From Octopus sinensis (Eukaryota): 64,000 bases of DNA. Made by a program: the position numbers and the translations under genes. Position 1 is the stretch's first letter; every line of letters starts with the position of its first letter. Shown here one piece after another: positions 26,760-40,800 of the stretch. The stretch lies in the NCBI RefSeq assembly GCF_006345805.1, contig NC_043003.1, positions 55,242,001-55,306,000 on the forward strand, written 5' to 3'. Under the pieces are notes generated by a model. That model made no database searches, was not told where the DNA came from, and saw nothing but the letters and a program-made list of their open reading frames with translations.

Positions 26760-27860
26760 TGGAATGTCAGACAACAGAGATATTGATTGAATCAGCGTGG
26801 TCTGCTTTTAAAAATGTTGTATTTGAGTCATTTGTGGAACACTCAGGTATGGAAAGAGAAAGCGCCAAGATTGATTCCATTTAAATGATCCAAACCTCTC
26901 TCCTCTTTTGGAAAATATGCACAAGTGCCGCTGACAATGGGTGTTAAATAAAAATAATGCCACAAAACGCATTATAAAGGCCAAAATTACAGGTCAATCT
27001 CAACAGAGGGAAATGATAAAGAGATGGTTGCAAAAGAAATCACAAGAGCTGCAGATTGCTCCGGACAGATGTGATACCAATTCATTCTATTAGAATTTAA
27101 AGAATGCCTTTGAACCTGTGTTTGTTGACTCAGCTCCCATAATTTCAATTGGGGGTAATCTTCTGACAGATGAAAAAAGACATCCCGAAGCGCTGGAGAG
27201 GACATTTTTCAAGTGTTCTGAATATGAACTCAATTGTTGATGAAAAACTGATCAATAGGCCTGTCCTTAAAGCACTGTTAGTTGCACCATCAAATACTGA
27301 AATAAAAGTAGGCCATAAAATAGCTCATGAATAGAAACATGTCTGGGAACGATGGCATACCAACCGAGACATATTAAGGTGGTAGCAAAGCCCTTCTGAA
27401 CAAATTATATAAAACTATTCTCAATCTGGGATCAGGATCAGTCCCACAAAAGTTTAAAAGCGCTTCTACTATTCATGTTCATTAGCACAGAGGTAACATA
27501 TGTGAATGTGACAACCATAGAAGTCTCTCCTCTCTGTATGTTGCCGGGAAGTTCCTTGGAAGGGTTATCTGAAGCAGACTCAATAATATCCTTGCCAGCT
27601 TAGTGCTGCCTGAATCTCAGTGTGGCTTTTGAACTGGCAGAGTAGATATGATTTTCAACATAAGGCAACAGCAGGAAAAGCCTCATTAGCAAACCGAAAC
27701 GTTTTTGTCAATTCTGTAGATCTAACTAAAACTTCTGTCACCCATCTAGGGATGCTCTTTGGGTTTTCCTTAGAAAGGTAGGTGTTCCCGAAAAGATGCT
27801 CAATATCATCATTTCTTTCGATCAAGGGATGACAGCTTCTGTCAGATATTGCGGGTAAAT
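26760..27860 (+). pseudogene. Decayed RTE-clade LINE ORF2 fragment (N-terminal half of RT)
   Basis: Reads ...RGNICECDNHRSLSSLYVAGKFLGRVI*SRL...LPESQCGF*TGR-VDMIFNIRQQQEK...VDLTK...RDALW..L.KVGVPEKM..II, the RTE LPESQCGFR-G-TxDMIF-RQLQEK-DLTKAFD signature; many stops and frameshifts. Confidence 0.9.
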
Positions 27861-27979
27861 GTCCGATTCATTGACAGTCTCAAATGAGATAAAACAGTGC
27901 TGTGTTCTTGCACCCCTCGTATTTGATTTGTATTTCTTTGTCATTTAGGAATCTGCGTATAGGGTTAAAGAAAGAATAA

Positions 27980-28330
27980 AGCTTGAATAAAGAACTTGTG
28001 GTGGCATGTTCAACCAACAGAATTTCAAAACAATAACTAAAACCGGTGCAAACAGTTCGAGATTTACTCTCCGCGGGCTGTTGTGCACATGTATCACACG
28101 CCCTTGGAGACATGCAGCAAATTCTAAACAACGTCCCGCGTTCATCGAAGCCTTTTCGTTTGATCAACAGCATAATCCTGTCCAATAGATCATTCGTGAC
28201 CATCCTCGCTCTGTTGCCCCTATTGTATATTCTGATGGGAAAGTAGTAAAAACTGTTTCTTCCTTCATTTATTTTGCTTCCATTGTGTCCAGTGATGTTA
28301 AGATGGTTAAAGAAATTGACACGTAACATA
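27980..28330 (+). pseudogene. Possible hAT-type transposase remnant
   Basis: Plus frame DLLSAGCCAHVSHALGDMQQILNNVPRSSKPFR resembles the hAT CxxH motif and the following helix; a downstream LRW may correspond to TRW. Judged by eye only. Confidence 0.3.
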
Positions 28331-31300
28331 TCAACCTTGTAACGTTTAAGCCAAAATATCCAAAGGATAGAAAAATATTCTGGCTTTTTTAAAATTCTGA
28401 GCAGACGCCAATAAATTACAGAAGAAGGTAGCAGCATTTTTTAGAGTACTAATAGTTTTGAGCGACATTGATAGTAATCACTGTACTCAATTAAAGGAAG
28501 CCGTATTATGTGTAGATGGAATTTAAATTCGTTGAAAACATTCAAGAGATGAAATTAACTTATCTTGCGGACAAATATTTAATAATATTCACGACAATGA
28601 CTGCTTGTTTAGAGATTTATCACTCTTGATTGATAACATGAATCTGGGTACCTCTCATGATAAAGCCGTAATGCATATATGCAACAAATGTTGCACTTTC
28701 ATGGTTGTATTCTTAGCGGCACATTAGAGGAATACTAAAGATGCATAAGAAAAAAAAACAGTTTCGTTGAAATACTGAAATGCCTGGTGAAATTGTTCAT
28801 CTTACCTCAAAACAAATAAGAACATATTTTTCATCATTAACTGTAGGCAGATGTGTGCCTTCGGAAAGAAACATAACTGTGACAGCGGTTGCTCTAATGT
28901 TAATAAACATTACGGCCATAACAGAGGTGGAGTCGAAAAGGAAACATTGTAAAATGTGGAAAGAAAACAGGAAAATAATATTTCGTAAAACAAATGATGA
29001 GCAAGAGGAGGAGAACAAAGAGAAGGAAGGTGACGGTTGTGAAGGTAGTGGTGTTGTTGGTGTTGATGATGATGATGGTGATGGTGGTGGTGATAATGTT
29101 GACACTAACCCTATCAATGACAAAACGAACAGTAATAGTAGTGTAATAAAAAACAGAAAACAGCAAAATCAGGGTTAACAAAAATGAGTATAAAGAGGAA
29201 GTGAAAAAGATAGAGAAATAGGATAGTCGACATTGAGGCAAAATTACATGACTGAAAATGCAAGAAAGGAAAATATTAAAGAAGATCAACAATAGAAATA
29301 AAAACTCCAAAACGGCGATTGAAGAGGAGAAATATTGAGTTCAATAGAACGAAAATTATCGTAAAAGAAATTAAGAAAACATTCGAGAAACAAGCTTTGA
29401 AATACAGTCTTCAAGAGAATGAATAAAAGGGCAGGCATTGAACTGCATTTACTTGTGATCTGAAACATAATTATGCATCTGAACGTATTGTATCCCTGGA
29501 GTGTGTATATAACACCTATGACAGATGTGGTGAAAGTCATTTCAATAAGGAGCTTACCTATAATTGGGGCACCTGATAATGCAAACACTTTTCGAGAAAT
29601 ATTCAAGGAAAATTAAGAGAAATTTATAACAGAGTTTCAATTTCAACATATATATTTTGTTGATGGCATTCAAACAAACAGAAATTCAATTTCACAAGTA
29701 AAAATGCCTAAACACAAGATTTGTAAGAAATTCTTCATAAATACAATTCTTATATCAACAGATTCTTGGTATACTTTACAATGCACTTCAACGCTGAATT
29801 TTCAAATTGACATCGTTTCCGGCAATAAACACAGAGGGAGGATATGTCTATCGATTTAATGTTCTCGAGTGTAATGAAGCGACAATTATTATGGAGATAA
29901 TAGCAAACGAGATATTGATTTAAAGTGTCGTGACTGTAGCATTAGATTCATAAATGATTCCTGTCGTTCATACGATGTTTACAGTATATATAGTTTTTGT
30001 CAACAGGGTAAATGTAAATCACTTAGGTTTTCCACAAGTCGGTGGTGGAGTTTACTTAAAAAACCCGCGTGTTTATTGCGATTTATAATTCTATCGTTAA
30101 ACAAAATTAACGAATTTTCAATCAGGGCAATTTGTCTATTCATCTTTATAACTATCAAAATTCATTTTCACGTGCTTTTTAATCATATACGTGCCCAAAC
30201 AGAGTCGGAGGTCTCTACCCCTGGGAGACACCCATATCAAGAAGAACTATTATTAGAGTCTTATATAAATGGTATCATATGGATTTCGGTGATGTTGGTA
30301 TTCTTCCATGCTGCTTTACAAGAAGCTTCTAAAGCTCTTATATTTTCGTTCCTTTTACTTTAATGTAAATTGAAATTAATTCAAAATATTTTCCAAGATG
30401 GCTGCACACCGAAAGACCAAACTAATATCAAACTGTTGGACCTTGTATCAGTATCAGATATATTTTTACAAGTAAATTAGGATTTGTACAAAATGGCATA
30501 AAAAAGCTGTTCACATACATTTCAATATATTTCAATTAGATTTCAATTAGATATATTTCAATTCCATTTATCTTATAACGGCGCCAGAAATTTCTACCCA
30601 ACAAAAATAACAGAACTTACCCAAATGGGAAATTGCACATCGTTTTGGTTGCCTCAGGTTAAAGCATAAAACACAAGGTTCAACAAAAGGTTATTCTAAG
30701 AATTATATGAGAGGAATACAAAATGATGAGCGTGGATATGTATAAAAATGAACCCTACCAGACTGAGCTTTTGATGTTAAAGTTAGGTATCATGTCATTG
30801 GTAACCAATGAATATTGCTTTACTGCACTTTTAGCTGAAGCATATGACACACATAACTATGAACCGCTGTAATGTTATAATTCCTCAAATATATTTGTGA
30901 GTATATTGGCAAGACTTTTGATAATGAAATATTTAGACTCGATCTCACGATGAAAACACGCACGGTAGTTTTGTGACAATGGAAACTTTTGGAAGGTATG
31001 TTGTTTTCTCTAGTCACGAGATGTATACTCACGTGAATAGCAAACTGTTTGCTCATAGATTAGATTATAAATATATTTACGGGAGAAATTGCAGCTCTGA
31101 TCTAACCTAGCTTCAATCAAATAAACAGCTGTGTTTTTCAAGTTGACAAAAGGTTGACAAAATGTCTATTTTCCACCAATTCTGTGGTATAATCAATTCC
31201 TGTCATATTATACGTAGAACGCCTAACAATCGAATTAAAAGAGCTGTTAGTTTTAGAGTTCTTACTCTAACATAACGTGTCGGCAGAATCGTTGAGGCCG

Positions 31301-31553
31301 GGCAAAATATTTAGAGATATTTACTCCATTTTTACACAGTGTTCAAATTCTACCGAGGTTTACTTTGTCTGTCATCATTTCGTGATTGATAAAATAAGTT
31401 AGGCACAGGGGCCGTGGTAATCACCCAAATGTTTTGGCTTTGAGCCAAACTTTGAAACAAATACAGAATACGATTTGCCAGTAATGTGGGAATGATGTAA
31501 ACGGTACCTCAAATTCACCATGGAGAATTTTACTAAAGATTATTTCTTCATGA

Positions 31554-31968
31554 GAAGGCGGCGAACCAGCAGAAACGTTAGCACGCCGCGCAAAAAGCTT
31601 AGTAGTATTTCGTCTGCGGCTACGTTCTGAGTTCAAATTCGGCTGGGGTCGATTTGCCATAAATCCTTTCGGGGTCGATAAATTAATTACCAGTTATGCG
31701 CTGGGGTCGATGTAATCGATTTAATACCTATGTCTCTCCTTGTTTCCCCCCTCTATGTTTAGCCCCTTGTGGGTAGTAAAGAAATAGGTATGTCGTCTAC
31801 CGTTACGTTCCGAGTTCAAATTCCGCCGAGGTCGACTTGCCTTAAATCATTTCGGGGTCGATAAATTAAGTGCCAGTTACGCACTGGGGTCGATGTAATC
31901 GACTTAATCCTTTTGCCTGTCCTTGTTTTTTATCTCTATGATTAGACCCTTGTGGGCAATAAAGATAT
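31554..31968 (+). mobile_element. Head-to-tail SINE family A dimer inside one 18-bp TSD
   Basis: Full copy plus a 5'-truncated copy; AAGATTATTTCTTCATGA at 31536-31553 and 31969-31986. Confidence 0.9.
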
Positions 31969-34651
31969 AAGATTATTTCTTCATGAAATATGACACCGTT
32001 TTCTTTCTTTCTTTTTTTTTGTTGATAATCGTGTTTGCAGATTACCAACACTACATTATAACACAAATTTCTTCCAGGAAGTACAATATATTCATAAAAT
32101 TTCCAACTCAGTATGAATTGCTATTTCAGCAATGTTTTCTCCACACGAACAAATAAACTTGTACGCGTATAAAATTCTTCATACTCATCTCATTAGAAAA
32201 CGATGAGTAACAATGGAACTAATAAAATAATTCCTGCAGCACTGAAGGTCTGTCAAGGTATGTAAATATAAATTAACCTGATATGCTTCCTTATCAAAAT
32301 CAATCTACAATTCTATACTTGCGATGGTACATTGCGATCAAAGCTTGAGGCTCCTGTCGGATTTTGTATAACACTTTGTCTCTAAGTTGCAGTCTGACAA
32401 TTTTCTGCACCTTTTTAACGTTTGGCTGCGTCTTCAGTTCTGGCATAAATCGACTATTCAGGTGCTGCATGAAAAATCCCTACCGTTTTCTATTTTTGTT
32501 TTTGTTTTTAGTACTGCTTATTTATTCTCAAATGTAGTGAAGAATGGTATATTAATTTTATATATTTGGAAAACATATGGATACGAAAGAACGAAACTGC
32601 TATATGCACATTGGACGAGTTTACGTTAGTAAGCAAAAAATGCTTTGACAGTTCTCTGCAGATGGCTTTGACATTTGAAAATTCGGAAGTATAACGTAAA
32701 TGTGTTCAACTGTGCGATTAAAGAAATAAAATGCGCAAATATTTTGACTAAATTAAAGCGTTTATATGGGGACACACGACAACGATCATTGTAATTCCTG
32801 TAATGCTGTCGTTCTTAAATTTCAAAAATTTACCTTCCAATATTTGTGAGAAGTACTTTCATATCTAGATCTAATTTCTGGTGTCCATGTATAGATGTAT
32901 TATTCTGACACAAACTTTCCGATGTAGCAAGCGCCAAAACTTTATTAATTTTTTCTTTACTTGCAAGAGAGGAAAACAACCGTTAAACCTGTCCCCCAGG
33001 GGTGAGGACAGTTTAATTTTATCCAGAGTAGCATTTCCTTTAGTTGAATTTAACATGTTTTCCATTTGTTCTTATATGTTAGTGTTAAATTAGCTTCTGT
33101 GTTCAAATATATTCAAATATATCAGCAAATTAAGATAGCTTTGCATAACATTAGTAATCATTTATGAAAAAGGCCAAGTTACATCTCTTGAGATAATGTG
33201 AATATGAGGAAATCTTCGTCGATAGATGCTGTCTTTTAGAGGAATTGCCCTTGACTTTAATGATAATTTGAAGAGTATCATGAAGAAAACTTGCAATTAT
33301 TTGTTTCATGCTTTGATTATTGGACATTCACAGTAAATGATTTAAGCTGCTGTATAATCTGATTCCATGGTTGATGTTGACAGGTTAAGATTTTAATTAC
33401 TAAACATGTTTTGACTATTTTAAGTACATATTCTAATAAAATAACCCCAGAACTACTCTCAGAATTTCTTGGTGTATTCTGTAGAATTTTCTAAATAAGT
33501 CACGAAGAGTTTTGTAGCAGCTACAATTTTCAACCATGGCCGTTCTTTTAATTTCCTTATGGGATAAATATTTGTTCACTATATCATCCTCCTGAACAAA
33601 CTTAGCAAATCTCATTAATATTTCCCAGTTCTCTTTGCAGTTTCATTAACTTGAAGCACATATAATGATTCCTGTATTCGATAAGTATTCTCTTTTATAT
33701 CTGCCGTTATCTCAACAATACGCTTACATGTTTTGTCATTTCTAAGTTGGATCTTTTCATTTTCATTAGGTGCCTAATAACTCTCTTAGAAACGAACGAT
33801 CCATTAATAATATGAGCGTTTTAATACTTGGAAACTGGTGACAAGATGACTGTTACTGAAATTTAACTGTACATTTAAAAATTGTAATGGAAATTGAGAT
33901 TTGCATTTTGAGATTCGTTAGTAAACACCTGGAGTGAAAAACAGGGCTGAATTTTTTCAGTCCTACTGTCTCATTCTTTTCATTTCCTTTCATAAATACA
34001 GTATTCATGAAGATGACTCTCCCCTTCTATACATAAAGTAAAATCAAGTGGAGATATAATTCATGTATTGCCTACTCTTCTGCTCTTTCTTAATTTTTCT
34101 TTTTGATTTTTTTAAGGGCGTCGGACATCGTGTGCTGAGTGAGAAGGATTGTTTTCCCAACACCTCAAATTCAGCAATCTCATTTGTGTTGCCACCTGCG
34201 AATCAGCTTCACATTACAAGAGTTATATCTAATACATCTGAAAAATCATTCTGAAACTCAAAGAGCAACCATTACTATATAATTCTAATTAACTGAAATA
34301 TTTCAAAATGTTTGTTATATCTGTTTCATGTTTCACGCAAACTTTACAAATACTTCAGATTACTAGTCATATTTTCAACAGCCTCAATGAAAATCCAACT
34401 CAATTATTCCAAGATATTCTGTGAAGTATTAATCTACAATTTCAATACTATATAAGTGAATTACACGGAAATTATGTTTCAGATTTGCTAAATTTTTACT
34501 TTCTTAATAACTTTCTATTTAAGAAATACTTTTTTTTCTGTGAATACTGTTAAATAAACGACAACTGTTGATGTATACATACATATACTCACAAGCATAC
34601 CAATAACATATATATCTGTGTTTGTGAGTATAAAATACACACACACACACA

Positions 34652-34693
<42 letters not shown>

Positions 34694-35429
34694 GCCCATA
34701 CATAACTTTACATATATACATTCATACATACGTATATGCAGATATACACGCACACACACGCACACGCACACACACAAATATGTATATACAAAACAACATA
34801 TATGCGTACACATGACATGTTACGAAACAATTAGTGCTTCAATGCGAAATTGACAACTTTAATTAAGTACCAGATATTGTGCGTATGTATTTGTCAGTCG
34901 TCTCATCCTACACTAAACTGTTATTTGTTAAGGTGAGTTACGCACTTAGATAACTGAATGTAATCACACGCATACACACATAAAATCACATGCACACAAT
35001 CAGACACAGACTACAAATTAAAAGATGAGCACATACGAGCAAACAGTCACTCATACACAGAAGCGGCAATAGTTATATACGTATTCGCACATTCGTCCAT
35101 TCTAGGATTCGCACACAAATACAGAAGAACATAGTTACGCACATAAACGCACAATTACACACCGACATGGGTAACACAATGAATAAATGTATATAATTCA
35201 CTGCATACACTTTCTCAAGTGCTCTTTATTGTGAATAGGTTTTCATGTTTCTGGAAATGGAAAAGCGTTGGTTAGACAATCAATTATTTTTCACGGTGGA
35301 ACCACTGAGTTCGTGTATCTGGTTTCAATCCTTTGACGGGCAGTTTGAAATCTATGCATCAGAGATGAAACATTAATAGAACTGAATTATATATGTTTTT
35401 CCAATTAGACTTTAATATTGCTTACAATG

Positions 35430-35650
35430 AAGGCGGTGAGCTGCCAAAATCGTTATCACACCGTGCAAAATGCTTAGCAGTGTTTCGTCCAGCCTTACGT
35501 TCTGAGTTCAAATTCTTTCGACGCCAACATCGCCTTTTTGTCTCTTTCGGGGTCGACAAAACACAATGAATAAATGTATATAATTGAGCACTGGGGTCTA
35601 TGTAATCGACGTATGCCTTCTACGAAATTGCTGGCCTTGTGCTGAAATTT
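35430..35650 (+). mobile_element. SINE family A copy
   Basis: gaaggcggtgagctgccaaaatcgtt...gttctgagttcaaatt...cactggggtctatgtaatcgac. Confidence 0.85.
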
Positions 35651-36194
35651 AAAAGCAATATTTCTTGCACTGAATATGTTAATATGAGGTAAATTATAAT
35701 ATCCCAAATGCTATTAATAACGTATTAGTGACTCGTAATTATTATTAGAATTTTAACCTTGCCACAAGACCCCAGAGAAAGAGAAGTCGATTTAATTGGA
35801 ATAACCTTAAACAAGCAGACAGAAATAGTAATTAAATTATCACCTACCCTCGTATACTACACATACAGAACACAAATGATGAACTTAGATTAAGAAAAGA
35901 ATATATCTAAATGCATACGATATGTTTTACATATTTTATATATAATAGCATAATATATTTAACATTTACATTGATATAATTTTCTGATAACCAAGTAGAA
36001 TAGTTTGGCGTGATGAGGTGTTATAATTTTTCAAATTTTCAGCCGGGATTTAAAAGCACATCATATTTCGTTTGATTGGAGTTTTGTATTTTGCTCAATA
36101 ATCAATGACCTCATTTAGTCTTGTTTTACCATTAATTTACTCTGTGCATACATTTAACTGTTTACAAACTGAAATTTATGATTACACCTATTTG

Positions 36195-36400
36195 TGGCGG
36201 TAAGCTGGCGGAATAGGTAAACTGGCATGCGGGGACCAAATGGTTAGCGGTTTGTCGTTGGCTTTTACGTTCTGAGTTCAAATTCCGTCGAGCTTGACTT
36301 TGCCTTTCCCATTTTAGGAGTCGATAAAATATGTTGAACGATGTAATCGACTCAACCACTCTCCACGAATTTTTGGTTTTGGGCTAACTTTTAAAACCAT
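36195..36400 (+). mobile_element. SINE family A copy
   Basis: ggcggtaagctggcggaa...cgttctgagttcaaattccgtcgag...gatgtaatcgact. Confidence 0.8.
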
Positions 36401-37454
36401 TAGCACATCTATTTATCTATTCTTTATTTCATACAGTTCAAGCATTTTCATACGTGTGTCTCTTTTAGCTATTCGAAAATTTTAGAGTCATTTCTATATA
36501 TTCTACATAGACTATCGAAAGGTTTATTTTTTTTCCAAATTATCCTCTGAATATTTATCTGAATTATAATTGAGAACTATTTACAAAAAAAAAAACTAGA
36601 AAAAAAGCAAAACAAAACAAAGCAAAAGACAAAATCTGCATCGAAAAGCGGAATGGAAAGGAGAATATTATATTTGCAGGGAGAAACAAAAATCTTGAGA
36701 ACTGCAGCAAATAATTCGAATTCCTGGTATGCTCAATAATAATGACGACGTTGATGGGGCAAGCGAGGCGTTGTCTTATGCCTAACACCTCAAAGTATGT
36801 GCATCTCACCGGCCAATCTTGCGAACAGATTTTATTAGAAGCGCGTAACACAAACCGAATGTATTTTAGATGATCTTTGTTCCATGTGCAGAGTGAAGCC
36901 ATGAAATTCAAAAGCATGTGGTTGGTTAGAAAATATCTTATACACGGTACCAATTGTGCATTTATACAAATTATAAGATATTTGAAATACTCTTAGAATA
37001 TTTCAACAATTTTTTTTTATTAAATGATTTAAACGCTGAATGTAATAAAATGCTTTCAAATATTTTTAATCTAGTAGCAAATTTAAAATATTTTTGATGT
37101 TACCTCTTACTGCATTAATTCATCACCTAAACCTGTTTTATATTTATATATTTATTAAATAGAAACATACAACTATCACCTTTCACCGTTCACAATTACT
37201 GTTTTATTATTTTGCTAGCGACCATGATTAAAGAATTGCCCATCAAAGAAGCATTCTTCAAAGCATAGTTCACAAAAGAGATTCCTTTGATTCTGCTAAA
37301 CCATTCCATTTTCAGCGTCATTGACCAGCACGTAGGCAGTCGGTAAGTCGACTCGAGAGGTCAGTTACGAAAAACATATTAAAATATGGTTCACTACATA
37401 TTGAAATTGAAGTTATCGACAGCATTGTGGATGATTTTCAATGTTGCATATATC

Positions 37455-37496
<42 letters not shown>

Positions 37497-37564
37497 TCTT
37501 AGAATATTTCAACAATTTTTTTCTTAGATGATTATATATATATACGCATATCTACATACATATA

Positions 37565-37950
37565 CATTTACTTGTTTCAGTCATTTGACTGCGGCCATGC
37601 TGGAGTAGCAACTTAAAGGGTGTTAGTCGAAGAAATAAACCGCTAGACATATTCTGTGTAAACCTAGTATTTATTCTGTGGTTCTCTTTTGCCGAACCCC
37701 TAGCCCAAGGGGACATGATCACGCCAGCAGCGGTTGACGAACGATGGCGGGGGCACAAACAGAGAAACACAGACACACCGACACCCAAATAATATACATA
37801 TATATATATATATATATATACGGCGGGCTGTTTTCAGGTTCCGGCTACCAAATCCACTCACAAAGCTTTGGTAGGCACCAACCCAAGGTGCCACGCAATG
37901 GGACTGAACCCGGAACATGTAACTGGAAAGCAAGCTTCTTACCATGCATC
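37565..37950 (-). mobile_element. SINE family B copy
   Basis: cagtcatttgactgcggccatgctggag ... ggactgaacccggaac. Confidence 0.88.
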
Positions 37951-38009
37951 CATACCGTTGAGGCGAGAGTCATGACACCCCTTGCGAGAATAGACTTGAC
38001 CGAACGATT

Positions 38010-38900
38010 ATAAATAGTAGCGGTCTGCGTGAGATTAGGCGTTAATCGCAGGAAATCGTAAGATGTCGTATGGGCAGCTTGTACGCATGTACATATTTAC
38101 GTGTTAGTGTCGCATGGGGCAGATCGTTTGTGTGCAAGGCAGTTATACTGCCCGTGACAACATCGTTGGTATGGGCTTGCATAGAGACGGTCCTGAATGG
38201 GCCAACCGAACCTCGAGTCCTTTCCTACGGATAGCTGTGTAGATGGCACAAGTGGAATACTCATTGAAGTGGGGGAATCATCAAGAAACAGGATTTACAG
38301 AGATCCCCCTTGCGGCGTTTAGCTGGCCTGTGTTCCTGTAACGGGGTTAGTAACAGACGTAAGGTATCCGATGGCTCCAAGTATCTTTAGGAACTGAGTA
38401 ACATATGCGTCACTGCAAGTTTTACATATCGGGGTTTATCTTGGCCTCGATAGGGAAGGCCGATTTATAGTGGACGAAGATGTCCCAGCAAGCAGATTTT
38501 GTGTATGACACCGTGTCAATCTTCTCCTCATCCGTGGTGTTTAGCAAAAACTGAAGCAACAGGAGGGAACCACCATTCTAAGGGTATTTAATGGTGAAGT
38601 TATTGAACTTCTTCAATATAGTGGAGGCGTCCTCTTGGGATGGGGTGAGCATAACGATGTGCGTGGTAGGTGCTGAGTGCCCTACGCTTAAGCTGGTCTA
38701 AGTAGGCAATATCGAGCGGGCATGATAGGCTGGACCCCAGTGTAAGTCCAAGGAGGTGGTACATTCTGTGTTCAGATCAACTGCAGTAAGAGCAGGAATC
38801 GAGGTGTATAGGGAAACCACTTCTAAACTGAAAGTACACCTGTTGTGTCTGAGCGTACGGGTTCGAGACTTCGTTTCAGCCGTTGAAAACTTACGTACCT
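38010..38900 (-). pseudogene. Penelope-like RT fragment, internally deleted
   Basis: Minus strand: FSLEVVSLYTSIP (SxDVxSLYTxIP motif), GLTLGSSLSCPLDIAYLDQLKRRAL (GxxMGSxLSP motif), KIDTVSYTKSACWDIFVHYKSAFP. Confidence 0.8.
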
Positions 38901-39050
38901 GGACATTTCCAAGACTGGTTTCCTTCTGAAGACTGGCCTTTATGCTTGAAGTTTAAATCTTTTATTAAAATTGCTGCATTGTCAGAAGGTTTCTATATTC
39001 TCTCTCTCGTTACGTTCTTCGATATTACAATGATTCAAGCGAACTACAAC

Positions 39051-39125
<75 letters not shown>

Positions 39126-39538
39126 GGATATTACTATACATAAATGCCTCACACTAGGAGGGACTCTTAAAGTCAAAACTACCATAATAAACACATTGTA
39201 CCGAACGCGAAGGAATGCAACTCTCGAAGCGACCCTTTTAAAAACAGATTTCGCTGCAGGTCATATGAATTCATAATTAGTGCACAAAATGCACCTTTTG
39301 CTCTTCAGTGCAGGCATAATCAAGACACATAAAAATGAACAAAGAAATCAACATACCAGACGAACACCAAATGTATCCAACATAGTACATAGACTTGTTC
39401 CCACTTATATATCTATGTAAGAGGCGGGCTTTCCGAATTGCATCCTCGTACCCGTGTTTATTCAGAATAAACTTCATCACTGAATATATTCTGGTTAAAT
39501 TTACAATTTAGTTTTGAATTTAAGAGTCCCTATATTAA

Positions 39539-39586
<48 letters not shown>

Positions 39587-39787
39587 ATACACGCGTGCGC
39601 ATATAACACATTTACATACACAGATACGTACAAATCTAATGTGGCGTGTGTGTGTGTGTGTTTTGTGCCTATGTAGTTTATTCTATATCTTCGCACACAT
39701 GTTTGTCAATGAGTGCAAGCATATACACACCTTTAATATACTCATATTCTTATACACACTGACTTGAATATTCACATCATATGCACA

Positions 39788-39849
<62 letters not shown>

Positions 39850-40334
39850 TACATATATATATATATAACACACACATATATATATATACATATATACATA
39901 TATACATACATATATATGTGTGTGTATACATACACATACATATATACATGCATATCAAATGTATACTCATCTTACTTTACAATATTGATGAAAACCCTCA
40001 TCTACATGTGACAAAATTATCATTTTAATATTCATTTCATCCAATGTTGATAGAATGTGTTTACATTTAATCTCACGTAAGAATTAATTTTGCAATGGTT
40101 GATGGTGTAAACATCAATGCACTATAGTCCGCCAACAGGTAACCTTGTACATTAAAACAGTGTCACTAATAGAAATGGAGCAAGTACCATTAGGTATCAT
40201 TCTCCCATCTTCATATTTGCTTCGTAGTAAGACTCTTATCTAATAATGGTTATTTTTTGATTGTTTGAATATATTTTTCTCTCTAAGCTACATGGAGTAA
40301 TTTAGATATATAAACGAGGTTTATTTGGATATAC

Positions 40335-40800
40335 TTAGAAATTCACCCTAAGCGGCGTTCTGGCAGAATCGTTAGCACCCCAGGTATAAAAAAAATTGCA
40401 CCAGCTTTTCTTCAGACTTTATACTCTGAGTTCAAATTCCATCGAGGTAGATTTCCCATTTGCGCTCAGGGATCGATAAAATAAGTACCAATTGAGAAAA
40501 TGGGTCGATCTAATCGACTTAACGCTTTCCTCAAAATTTCTAGCTTTTGCAAAAATTTGAAACCAATACTTTATGTTCCCCTAAAGCAGGGAGCTGGCAG
40601 ATTCATTAGCACTGTGGGCTAAATGCTTAGCGGCAATACTTTAACCTTCAGGTTCTGAGTTCAAATTCCGCTGAGGTTGAGTTTCCTTTTCATCCTTTTG
40701 ATGTCGATGAAATAAGTATCAGGTGAATATTGTATTGATGTAACCAACTTACACCTTTCCCCTAAGTTACTAACTTTATGCCAAAATTTGAAAACAATGT
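40335..40800 (+). mobile_element. Two tandem SINE family A copies
   Basis: Two successive ggcaga(a/t)tc.ttagcac...ctgagttcaaattcc...gtcgat.aaataagta units. Confidence 0.85.

Noticed and set aside
33433-33640. Protein-like minus frame CKENWEILMRFAKFVQEDDIVNKYLSHKEIKR
   Set aside because: No credible acceptor, weak donor and no recognisable family.
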